This document shows, in pieces, positions 1 to 12,516 of a stretch of DNA of 64,000 nucleotides. Numbering within the stretch: the first letter of the stretch is position 1; the number at the start of each line of letters is the position of its first letter. Source of the DNA: Eledone cirrhosa (lineage: Eukaryota); the NCBI GenBank assembly GCA_964016885.1, contig OZ024741.1, positions 203,732,001 through 203,796,000 of the forward strand, given 5' to 3'. Made by a program: the position numbers and the translations under genes. The notes beneath the pieces were generated by a model, which had not been told where the DNA came from, searched no databases, and saw only the letters and a list, made by a program, of their open reading frames with translations.

Positions 1-979
1 CTTTTCAAGGAACGCGACACAAACTTTGAAAACTAAGCAACACATCGAATTATACAACAAACATAGCTTCACTCTCTCCGTCGCTCTTCCCTCTCTCTAC
101 AATAGATTATTCCCCCTCTCTATAATTTAACTGCTTTACTCTCTTTATGTTTCGAGGTTTAACACACCTCCTTATGGTTTCTTAGCTTCACACTCTCCGT
201 CGCTCTTCCCTCTCTCTATAATAGATCATTCCCCTCTTCGTTCAGGAACGCGAAATAAACTTTGATAACTAAGCAACACATCATTTTATACAACAACAAA
301 CATAGTCATAACGACGCTCATACATCAAATAACAAAACTTAAAATGCCTATAAAACTAAATACATATTCCTCTGTCAACGTTACATTCTACATCAAATAA
401 CAAATATTCAAAAGCAACAGATGAATTTATAAAACAACAAACGTAATCATAACGACCCTTAAGCATTCATTTACTTGAATCTCAATAAAGACTATATTTT
501 ATTGTTGTCCTTTTTGTAATTTTTTCTTTGTTTTTAGCAATATGAGACAAAAAATTATTGAGAAAACTGTTTTCAGGAACGTCCGATTTCCATGATTTTT
601 TTTCCAGTGTGCTCCAAAATATCGTCCCTGTTTACACTCGTTTGTGCTATAACTCAGACGTGCTTGGCTTACAGGTTTGACCTACTATTTGACGTGCATT
701 CTTCATACAACTTACTTAATCACTGTTCAATTGAAATTTTTCGCTGCTCTCCCTTGACACCCAGCGGCATCAAGGCCACCATCTGCTAAATTCGCTATTG
801 GAAGATTTTTAACCCATCATTGATTGTCCAAAATGGTAATTGGTTCGTAACTTTTAATAACCGGTTCAACTGCTTTATGCACTTAATTGATAAGCTTATT
901 CGCTTTCAAGCCACATTTACCTGTATGTAACTTTTCATAGCAAATGAACAAACCCGAGCAACGCCGGGCTAAACTGCTA

Positions 980-980
<1 letters not shown>
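1..980 (+). mobile_element. Non-autonomous Helitron-like element, 3' end
   Basis: Hairpin CCCGAGCAACGCCGGG (953-968) followed by CTAG|T (977-980). Internal duplicated blocks at about 65-120 and 185-240. Confidence 0.6.
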
Positions 981-1055
<75 letters not shown>

Positions 1056-1256
1056 ATAGATAGATAGATAGATAGATAGATATAGATATAGATTTATATT
1101 AAAAGAGTCAGGACCCCGACGGCTGAGCTCCGGTGTTTCGACAGCTAGATCCGGCTCTTTTCCTATTACCTACTCTACTACTCTAAGTATCGAGTACTCT
1201 GGTGCGTTATGGTCCACCTGGTTCCTTACCACACTTTCTTCGTTATATATGTGTGT

Positions 1257-1333
<77 letters not shown>

Positions 1334-1680
1334 AAGGCGTGTGGCTTAATGGTTAGAACATTGGACCTACATCCTTACGATAGTGAGTTCGAATGCCGGA
1401 CCGGCATGTATGACTCAACAAGAGGTTTACGTGGATGACGAGTTTATGACTTCACTTGTATTCCTATGTAAATATATCTTGGAGTAATAAAATTGAAAAA
1501 GTGAAGAATAACATGGTCAACAGTACAAACAAGGAAATTTATTTACAGTCTAACAATTGTTTCAATGATAGAGTTGTCTAAAAATTGCTAAACAGTGAAG
1601 GCAGAGCCACTCAATTTAAAATACATGTTAACCCCATCATTTCGTCAGAGACTGAGTGAAAATATATTTTTATATTTTCT

Positions 1681-1722
<42 letters not shown>

Positions 1723-3146
1723 CACTTATATATATGTGCGTGTATGTATGTGTGTGTGTTCATATATCAGTCTCGCGATTTCAGAGTTAAATCACCGTTC
1801 TACTTCACATTATATGTTTAGTGATTTTCCCGCCGAGGTTGACTTTGCCTTTCATCCTTACGGGGTCGATAAAATAAAGTACCAGTAATACACTGGGATA
1901 ATTGCTGGCCTTATGCCTTAAGTAGAAACAATTATGTGTTTAGTGATTTTCTTCAATCGTTTGTACCCGCACCTGTACACTAAAATAATGAGCCTACCCT
2001 ACTTCTGCATAAATGTAGCTTTAAACATTGCAAGAGACTTTCTAATATTTCCCAAACAACAACCAATACTGCAAACTATACAACAAATGTAATGTAAAAG
2101 TTTGTTACAGTTGCGTGAAAAACTTCGCTATCTTCATATCTAGAAGTACTTCAACCAAACCCACCATCTCAATGCAGTTGCATCAACGCCACACCTGCAC
2201 TCTCAATAGCAGGTCACTAACAAATGCCTACATATATCGAGACAATTTATCTTTGTTAGATGTTAACTCAAGTCGATGACAACTGTTGCTACCAGATCGT
2301 CTGAGAATATTAACTGTGATATATTGACGCTTGCTCTATTATTTGATATGAAATTATCGAAAATGGTTGCTATATTTTATATCAAACAAACAGGATCTTA
2401 CCTTAAATGATAATTCAAGGTTTTCAGAACCCCATGTATCAAAGCCAGGATCGTAAGTACCTAAACTTTGAAAGAATTCTTTCCTCACTGAAAAAAGTCC
2501 ACCAGCAATCGTTGGCGTCCTACAATAGAGAATACATATTTTCCAGTATGTATATATATTTCATATTTAGGCTGTCGTATTTTAAAAAAATGGGTATTTG
2601 TTACGGCTCAATGTGTCCTGAGCTCAAATTCCACCGAAGACAACTCCGCCTTTCCTTTCGATGTCAGTTAATATATTATCTGCCCTGAAAGAGACGTACG
2701 TCATGAGAGAACCTCTACAGCTCCATCAGGAATTAGGGGTTCTTTACTTTTTTTTATGTATCATATTTTTACTATGGTGAAAACCTAAAATACTGTTGAA
2801 ATATTGGTCAAATTGTTCGAAACTCCATTGAAACATTTACGGAGCAGTTCAAAGAAAAAGTATTTAGAAACTGATTAAAAAAATTAAAAAAAGAGTGAAA
2901 ACTAAAATAGAGTAAAGTAAGAGAAACAAAACAAAATACTATATTTTATGATATTTTACAAAAGAAAGGAAATAGCGTGTGATATTGGCGACGAGATGTG
3001 CTCCTCGTCTAAGCCCGAAAAAATTCAACATAATTGAAGAAAAAGAAAGTGATTCCATGACAGTTTTAGTATAGGTTTTAGTCAAAGTTACCGTATCTAA
3101 AACTTATGCCACATGCATTGGTGTAAAAAAAAAATGGTGTACTCAC

Positions 3147-3360
3147 ATTATTGGGTCTAAATTAGATTTTCTAGCTTCTCTAATTCTTTGTGGTATATTC
3201 ATCCATTTGAAATTTAAATTCCAACTGAATGCGCCAATATGGATATCATCTCCCACATTATTGTAGTACTGAAATGTATAGTCACTGATAACATCAATGG
3301 CTGGTACAACCACAGAACGTGGACTTTCGGCAATTCTTGCCAGCATTGGCCGCAGCCAAT
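3147..3360 (-). CDS. GALNT: GalNAc-transferase coding exon 5; the gene continues beyond the left edge
   Basis: aaag|...|gtgagt. DWLRPMLARIAESPRSVVVPAIDVISDYTFQY...GAFSWNLNFKW. The next expected exon (PTMAGGLF) was not found in 1-3146. Confidence 0.92.
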
Positions 3361-3859
3361 CTTTAAATAGAGAAATAAAAAATAAAATACATTTTAGATT
3401 TTCTTAATCGTGTAGAATATTTCATTGAAATAACATCATTTTACGGTATACTTTTTACAATATAATTCATATTCCCAACTTAGTGTGTAGAAGTAATTAT
3501 TTTATTCTTTTACTGGTTTCGGTCGTTACATTGTGATCATGCTAGGGCACAGTCTTGATTTAGTCGATCCTGTCTTATTCATTCTTCTTCAAAACTGGTA
3601 CTTATATAATCTTTTATATCCAACAGCTAAGCCGCTATGTTACGGGAAATAAACACAGACCCAAACATACACACACACACACACATAAATTATATATATA
3701 TATATATATAAATACACACACATATATATATATAACGTTGAAAGAGATAGAAGGCTAAACAATACAAAATGGACTGTTAACGAAAACTAAGTTACCTGGT
3801 AATCTATGTTTTGTTTTTTGTTGTTGTTTTTTTTTTTTGGGGGGGGGGGGGGGGGGGTT

Positions 3860-4745
3860 CTGTCCAATATTTCGGGACGCAAAAGTCACTTCTTCAGGGT
3901 TTAAGGAACTTTCAGTAGATAATGTTCCAATATCTTCTCTTTGGGATTAAATTTTGATTTTGATTTAAATTTTTTCTAAGTCATTTTCATGCGTTTTTTT
4001 TTAATGGATATTTCGCTATTCACGAGAATGACGCCAATTGCCATTATAGAAATCAATTTTCTTTTTGTATGAGATGTTTAGTTTGTGTGCGTGTGGGTTT
4101 GTATTTTTATGTTAAGTATTGTGTGCTGAGTTTTAATCTATTATTTATTTGTGGATTAAGTCTACGTATGAGCAAGACTTCCTTAATTCTTAAATTATCC
4201 ACATTTCTATCACTAGCTTAAATAGTAACGGTAATAGATCACTCGCACTGCACACTTCATAGATGTACTGAAGACGAACGAATATCCAACATCCCCAATG
4301 AATCGACTTAAGAATCAAAGGTGCCGCAAGCATAGGACCTCCTCTAACACCTGCTTCATGAAATTACAACATTTCAGCGAAAGCATAACCACAGCTATCC
4401 GCAAAGAAAGACTGGACATGCAGTTAGTACACTCTTACCCTTTACTGCGTGGATACCTGTTTAAAAAGCAATCCAGAGACAAAAACAATCAATGCTCGCT
4501 GACTAACTGCCCTATCTGCAATACAGGTATGTGCCAGCGGACACATGTGGTATACCAGATTGAATGCAACAAATGTAAGAAGTTCTACATTGGTAGCACG
4601 ACTCGAGAACTCCACACTCGGATTATTCAAAACACACCCTCATTAAAAAAACACATTGACATATGTAGAAATATCAACCAACATATTACCGTTACTATTG
4701 AAGCTTGTGATAGAAATATGGGCAATTTAAGAAGAGAAAGAATAC
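3860..4745 (+). mobile_element. PLE GIY-YIG fragment with inverted 3'-end copy
   Basis: ORF 4298-4783 has VVYQIECNKCKKFYIGSTTRELHTRI. About 4180-4235 is an inverted copy of about 4680-4735. Confidence 0.75.
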
Positions 4746-4774
4746 GAGAAAGAGAGAATATATGTGTGTGTGAA

Positions 4775-4807
<33 letters not shown>

Positions 4808-5806
4808 TTAGGAAAGAATGGCTAAGTTATTCTCGGCGGGATTTGAACTCAAAGCGCAGACAGCTGGAAGGAATATCGCAAAGCATTCTGTCTGACACTT
4901 CAACAACTCTCTCACTTCACAGTCTATAGAATATACACTAAACGTTAAAATCTACTTTCTTACTACGGAGTTATAGAGGTGTGATGGAGATGGGGGTTCA
5001 GACTGGGAGCTTTACAGTATCTATGAAGGAGCCGATCGCCAGATCGAACCGAGGAAACTATGTTTCTATTGACCTTTCAATTGTTGATGCTATCTGCCGG
5101 TCTAATATACTTGAACATATATTTTTAGAAGAAAGTAACCGATCGTCTGATCGAACCAAGGAAATAATATTTATTTATCGATGAAAGGTAAATTTGACCT
5201 CAGAGGGATTTGAACGGAGGGAAGAGAGTCGGAACGAATCCTGATGCTTTAAAATCTCTGATGCTTTAACATCTTGCAATACCTCTATCAGTGTTTGATT
5301 CTACTGCAGTCAGTATTCATTGATCTGCATCGATAAAATCGACAGCAATAATATCTCGGACTTGATCAAATACATTGTTGTTGGATGTCCGTCGGTTATG
5401 ACAATATGAATGTTCCAGTTGTTTGGCAAATGGAACAGCCTGCTGGTGAAATAAATGGATTGATCATTTCATAGACATGTGCACCCTTAATGTAGTTCTG
5501 AAGGAGACTTAGCGTGAAACAGTGTATGAAAAGGTTGGCCATTTGAATTTCAACTCATTCTTTGCTGGCTGAGTAAGCCGAGTACCCTAACTCTGATCAA
5601 CTATATAACCTTGGTAAGAGCGATAAATAGGAAGAATTGTTAGTCGCTCGGACAAAATATTTTGCACTATTTGACCTGGCTCTTTGCGTTCTGAGTTCAA
5701 ATCCTGTCGAGGTCAACTTTACTTGTCATGTTTGCCGCATCAATAAAATAAACAACCAGTCAAGTACGGGTTCTTATATAAATTGCTGGCCTAAATTAGA
5801 AATTAC

Positions 5807-5971
5807 CTGTCGCACATTCACAGTGCGAGTCCAAGAATGTAACTACTTCGCTCTGGGCTGCTTCTAAACCAATTAATCTCGCTCGAATTAAACCTTCTCT
5901 TTTCTTACATCTGATAATGCTGACTTTCGGTAGCTGACTCATATAATCTTCTAAGGGACGTTGGAGATATT
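5807..5971 (-). CDS. GALNT: GalNAc-transferase coding exon 4 (DxH Mn-binding motif)
   Basis: ttcag|...|gtaatt. [55 protein letters not shown]. Confidence 0.93.
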
Positions 5972-6074
5972 CTGAAAAGAAAACAAAATCAAAACTATTT
6001 TTTTCTAAAGTTAGTTGATGTTTTTTATTCTGGAAAAAAAAAATTCAACATACATGCATGCACAGGTACGACTA

Positions 6075-6355
6075 TTGTAATTGCACATTCATACATACAC
6101 ACATATATATGCAACAATGTTGCTAATGTAATTGCACATTAATACATACACACATATATATGCAACAATGTTGCTAATGTAATTGCACATTAATACATAC
6201 ACACATATATATGCAACAATGTTGCTAATGTAATTGCACATTAATACATACACACATATATATGCAACAATGTTGCTAATGTAATTGCACATTAATACAT
6301 ACACACATATATATGCAACAATGTTGCTAATGTAATTGCACATTAATACATACAC
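6075..6355. repeat. 51-bp minisatellite, about 5.5 nearly identical copies
   Basis: Unit ATACATACACACATATATATGCAACAATGTTGCTAATGTAATTGCACATTA, seen as a 17-aa period in ORF 6089-6361. Confidence 0.92.
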
Positions 6356-6737
6356 GTGCAAGCAAGACTAGTACTAATGTAGTTGTATAGCCATACATAA
6401 AATCCTATTTTGTATTGGTATTCACTCCCTGCTTTCGGATTATGTTGATTACGTATGTATGGTCGTTGCCAGATTGGGCTTACAACCATCAGATTACGCT
6501 AATGTTTATGACTAAACGTCACTGCTCGTCTCACTTGCAATCCCACTACAAATATTCATTATAAATGGAGTAGCTTATAAACGTGCCCTGCATTTCATGA
6601 AGAATATGAATAAAATCTCACTCAATTTGGTAAGGCTTTGAAGACTATGGGTGCTGTCTCTTTCTCCAGATAAAATGTTTAAATTACTAAAAATAGAATT
6701 TTAAAAATAAAATCTTTCGCAATAGAAAAATACTCAC

Positions 6738-6904
6738 GGAAGGTAGAAGCATCATCAACTAATATGATATTAGAGAGTAGTTCTAGTGGAGTGTGCCTGA
6801 GAACACTGTGCACGGTACGTAGCAATGCTGTCCAAGCTTCGTTGTGGAAACAGATGATTACTGAAGTGACAGGCAGAACATCGGGGTAAGTGACCTGGTC
6901 ACAT
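6738..6904 (-). CDS. GALNT: GalNAc-transferase coding exon 3
   Basis: ctcag|...|gtgagt. [55 protein letters not shown] is the GT27 signature. Confidence 0.93.
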
Positions 6905-7066
6905 CTGAGAAAATGGAATTGTCAATGTAAGGAACTTGAAGAGAAACTGCACTTTAAGCTGAAAATAAATAAGTATGCAATGAGGGCTGTTACCTCTTAA
7001 CCCCTCAAACATTTTCTCTCTTTTTTATTTCACCTTGACTCTCCCCCAAAACACATGGACACACAC

Positions 7067-7143
<77 letters not shown>

Positions 7144-8258
7144 TATATGTGATATTGATGGAAGAGTGAATGAGTACTCAATACCGAAGGCGGGTTTAAA
7201 TATTTATTGTGTTTCACCTTATAGGTTCATCAGAAAGGAGCAAATTTCGGAGAAAGAGGCTGGAAAGGTGGAAAAGCTATTTTTTCAGGTTGTGTGAGGA
7301 GGGCAGTAATGTAGTCCGGCGTGGTGGTGGGGCGGGAGTCTCCTGGTCTATCATAGGTACTGTTATGAGTGCAGATGGAATAAATATCGTGTGTGTGTAT
7401 TGAGCACCTTTTTTTACTATGGTCGCCTCTCCATTTACATCGGGATCCTCGCATTGAGCTATAGATCAGCCTGTAAATTAGTATACCATTAATATTATAA
7501 CTATGATATTAATATTAGTATAATATTAGTGTAATAATGTAGTTATAATATTAATGGTATACTAATCTACAGGTTGATTTATAGCTCGATGCGGTAGGAG
7601 TCACGCAGAACTGTTATACATTAAAATTTAAATTACACCTTGTAACGTGATTTTATGTATTAGATGTTCCTAATGTTTTTCTGTGGGAAGTAATATTAAT
7701 CGTTTTCATAAACCCGATGAAACCTGTGACTCTGTGCAGGTAGAAACGATTGTCAGCTCAAAAATGCTTTAAGTCTTTGGTGTCAATTAAATTTCAATGT
7801 ATATATGTGTGTGTGTGTAATAGTAGGATTCAAAAATGGTACTCGATACACTCACCCATATATATATATATATATATTATTTTTTTTTTTTTTTTTTTTA
7901 AAGAATGACTGCACTTGTAGTGTTAAACAATTTTTGATTTAATGTTATAATTGCTTCTACTTTTGGCTCAAGGCCAACCATTAACCAGTACATTACTGGT
8001 ACTTTATTTTATCGACCCCGTAAGGATGAAAGGCAAAGTTAACCTCGGCGGGATTTGAACTCAGATCATAAAGGGACGTAACTCTATGCTTCAAAGCATT
8101 GTGTCCGACTCTCTATCGATACTGCCAATCCAATGCTATTTTGATTTAATGTTATAATATTATAACATTAAATCAAAAGTTTTTTAACACTACAAGTGAA
8201 GTCATTCTTTTCCTTTTTTCAAATATACCCAACTGTACCAAGGATCTCACACATTTTC

Positions 8259-8548
<290 letters not shown>

Positions 8549-8697
8549 GTTTGTATATATCCAAAGCGGCCAACTGAATGCACACGTGTTTAATCTAATC
8601 CTTCCTCTTCTCACTCTATATCTTTCATTTCTCATTGTACTGTGTTGTTTGCTTTGTTGTTTCCATTTACTTTTTGCACGCACGCACATTATATATA

Positions 8698-9907
8698 CGA
8701 TGGTAGGCTAAAAAGCCTACGAAGGAATGACGCTGAAGCTGTGAAATCTTGCATGCATTACTTTATCACTTGTTATTAATAACTGCATATTTTCGTTCCA
8801 GGTAAACTGATTCAAAGAATACTTCAAACGTAACTAGTAGCGATTACTCTTGAAAATGGACAGACTGGCATTGTGGTGTTATCAAATACCTGAAGAAAAA
8901 GGGTTTAGCTCCCAAGCACATTCATGCTGGCATGGTTGTTATGTTAGGGGATGATGCTCTAGCCTTATCAACAGTGCAGCTAAATTTAGGATAGGATGGG
9001 AGAATTTTGAAGATGACCCAAAGTTTGGACATTCTGCAACTGCAACCACCAAGAAAAACCTTGATCGTGTTCACCATATGATGGATAGCATGTGATTGAC
9101 TATAAAGCAAATAGTCAATGTTATTAGCAAACTCCGTGAAAGATTTGAGAATATTTTGCACAATGAAATTGGCATGATGAAGATTTCTGCTTGGTGAGCG
9201 CCACGTCTTCTGACATATGATCAAAATCATATCAGGCTGATCACATCATAGGAAAATCTGACATTGTTTGTGGCAGATTCAGCTGGTTTCCTTGGGCGTT
9301 TACTAACCCAAGATGAGTGTTGGATTCATCACTTTGAGTTAGATACAAAAGTACAATCAATGTAGTGGAAACACACCTCCTTACCCGCTCCCAAGAAGGC
9401 CAAGGTTATTTCATGTGCAGGGAAGGTGATGGTCTCAGTTTTGGGGGATGCAAAAGGTTTAATTGACTATCTTCAAAAGGCACACACCATAAATGGACAG
9501 TACTGAGGCAGTTACGAAAGGTTGTCAAGACCAAATGCCTAGGAAAATCTGACGAAAGAGATCTTGTTTCACTAGGACAATGCTCCAACGCACGAGTCCT
9601 TCGTTTCAATGGCTGCTGTCCGTGATTGTGTCTTTAAACTAGTGGATCACTCTCCCTATTCTCCTGATTTAGCTCCATCTGACTATCATCCATTCTCCAA
9701 CATGAAAAAAAACTTGGCCGGGAACCAGTATCGCAGTGATGATGACATTATATTTGCTGTTGATAACTCTTTTGACCAACAGGGTGAAGGTTTCTTCACC
9801 AATGGGATACAAGCACTACAACACCGATGGAAGACTTGTGTGGACCGCGAGGGGGACTATATTGAAAGAAATAACCTCATTTGGTCAGCCTATGAACTTT
9901 TCAGCCG

Positions 9908-9913
<6 letters not shown>
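8698..9913 (+). mobile_element. Decayed Tc1/mariner (DD34D-type) transposon
   Basis: LTQDECWIHH, DNAP, HSPYSPDLAPSDY, a broken WVPRLL motif and many stops. Imperfect TIRs with TA flanks. Confidence 0.88.
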
Positions 9914-9965
<52 letters not shown>

Positions 9966-10128
9966 ATACTTATGTGTGTGACTATGTACAAATAATTATG
10001 CGTTCATTTATGCCGTGCATGAATAATTGTTGGGTAATTTTCACGCCATAGGATGTTACGTGTTATCTTTGAAATATTTTCCTCAAATATCTAAGCTAAC
10101 GTAATTTTGATATGATTACCATACTTAC

Positions 10129-10282
10129 CCTGGATCGCGAACTTCTCCCAGATCTCTGTTGAGAGGGATCATATCACTCGCATATTGATTGAATTGGTTT
10201 CGCTTCCAACCTAAATCAAACTCTTCTTTCTGAGATGCTGTCAATTTATTAACATCGATAGTAACACCTCTCCCATGTTTCC
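10129..10282 (-). CDS. GALNT: GalNAc-transferase coding exon 2
   Basis: tag|...|gtaagt. Translates GKHGRGVTIDVNKLTASQKEEFDLGWKRNQFNQYASDMIPLNRDLGEVRDPG, the GALNT FNxxxSDxI...RD motif. Not in the ORF track. Confidence 0.9.
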
Positions 10283-10394
10283 CTATGTTGAAGCAATAGA
10301 ATTAGGCTTGTTATTAATACATATCAAACGCGAGTTGAACTTATTACAAATAAAGAATGTTATTCAAATGTTAATGTTGCTGTTTTTGTTGTTG

Positions 10395-10426
<32 letters not shown>

Positions 10427-10659
10427 GGTGGATGACCTCCCTCGGATCCAACGACGAGTTTATTCTATTCATTTGATCAGCGGAAGAACCTGCTGACAGA
10501 ATTAACGTGTAAGTTGACTGAGCATTCCACAGACACGTGTGCCGTTAACGTAATTCCCAAGACAACGCAGTGTGACACTTTGAGTTACAACCACAGTCCC
10601 TCTGACAGCTTTCCAAACAGTTTCCGTCAATCTAATTTCACAAGACATAGGTCGACCCT

Positions 10660-10977
10660 TCTTGCTCATCCCATCCTCATATATTTGAGGGTCGGGGTCA
10701 TGGACTTATGGATCAGAACTCTCCATCTTTTCCTGTCTCTTGCCATTGCCATACACTCTGCCAAACACTTTCCTATCCATTCCTTAATATCATCGGTCCA
10801 TAATTTCTGCCGTCTCCGGTCTCTTTTACCTTGTATTTGTCCCTCAAGGATGTGGGTAGTCAAATTTTAGGCCCTGATGACATGACCAAAATACTGAAGT
10901 TTGCTTTTCCTTACTGTTTCAACCAAAAGTCAGATGCCTTTAAAATCCAAGACTCACAGCTATATAGAGCTGCCTAG
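10660..10977 (-). mobile_element. 5'-truncated RTE-clade LINE 3' end with 10-bp TSD
   Basis: KLQYFGHV...ILEGQIQGKRDRRRQKLWTDDIKEW...DRKRWR. TSD GGTCGACCCT at 10650-10659 and 10978-10987. Confidence 0.8.
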
Positions 10978-11374
10978 GGTCGACCCTAAACTATGGTAAA
11001 TGACACTTGTCAAAGATGTCATGCAATGAGATCGAATGATTGTAAAGCAAACTTCTTAAACATCTGGTCAACTAATCTTATCTAGATTTTACTTAACAAT
11101 CATTAACTGCAGATAAATAAACATTTCCAGAAAATGAATATTATGCTATTGCTTTCTATCTAGCCCAATCGAATTGTGACCACAAACAATATAACCAAAA
11201 TACTTGAAATAAAAGATTTTCAGGTGATATTCTGAATGAAACATGAAAATATTTCGCTACATTTGTACTTCAATGGTAGTTGTCCGATAACCTTTACATC
11301 GTTTAGTATTATTAACGGGAAATAAATTACCAGAGGAGTGACGGAAACGGTAATGTGCAGAAATTAATTTTTAT

Positions 11375-11538
<164 letters not shown>

Positions 11539-11547
11539 TGTGTGTGT

Positions 11548-11822
11548 GTGGCCTAGTAGTATGGGTGTTGGATTTACGATCATAATGTGTCATAGGTTCG
11601 ATTCCTGGGTTGCGTATTGTGTTCTTGAGCAAAACACTTCATTTCACGTTGCTCCAGTATACTCAGCTGAAAATGAGTACCAGCAATAGCTAGGGATTTA
11701 ACCCTGCAATGGACTGGCGCCCTGTTCGAGGGGGAGTCTTGTACTCTCAGTCGCTTCACGCTATGAAACCGGGATAAGCACTGGCCAAATGAGCCTTCTG
11801 GCTTAAGACAGACTTTAGACCG
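11548..11822 (+). mobile_element. tRNA-derived SINE with a Deu/Nin-domain-like body
   Basis: B box GGTTCGATTCC, then CTTGAGCAAAACACTT...CTCAGCTG..AATGAGTACC...ACCCTGCAATGGACTGGC...GAAACCGGGATAAGC. Recognised from memory of the Deu/Nin SINE consensus. Confidence 0.55.
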
Positions 11823-12097
11823 TTATATATGCTCGCTGAATATATATATATATAAGTATGTATACGTACATACATATATGTATACAGACGTACAGTAGTA
11901 TATATATATATATATATATACATACATGCACACATATATATATATGTGTGTGCATGTATGTATATATACATACTACTGTACGTCTGTATACATATATGTA
12001 TGTACGTATACATACTTATATTTAAGTAACAGCCGTACTAAGGGTGGGAAATGAAATTTCATTTCATTTTTTCCGTTTATATATATATATATATATA

Positions 12098-12290
<193 letters not shown>

Positions 12291-12292
12291 GC

Positions 12293-12372
<80 letters not shown>

Positions 12373-12463
12373 CGAAGGAAATGTGGTAAGGAACCAGGTG
12401 GACCATAACGCACCAAAGTACTCAATACTTAGGGTAGTAGAGTGGGTAATAGGAACATTTGTT

Positions 12464-12514
<51 letters not shown>

Positions 12515-12516
<2 letters not shown>

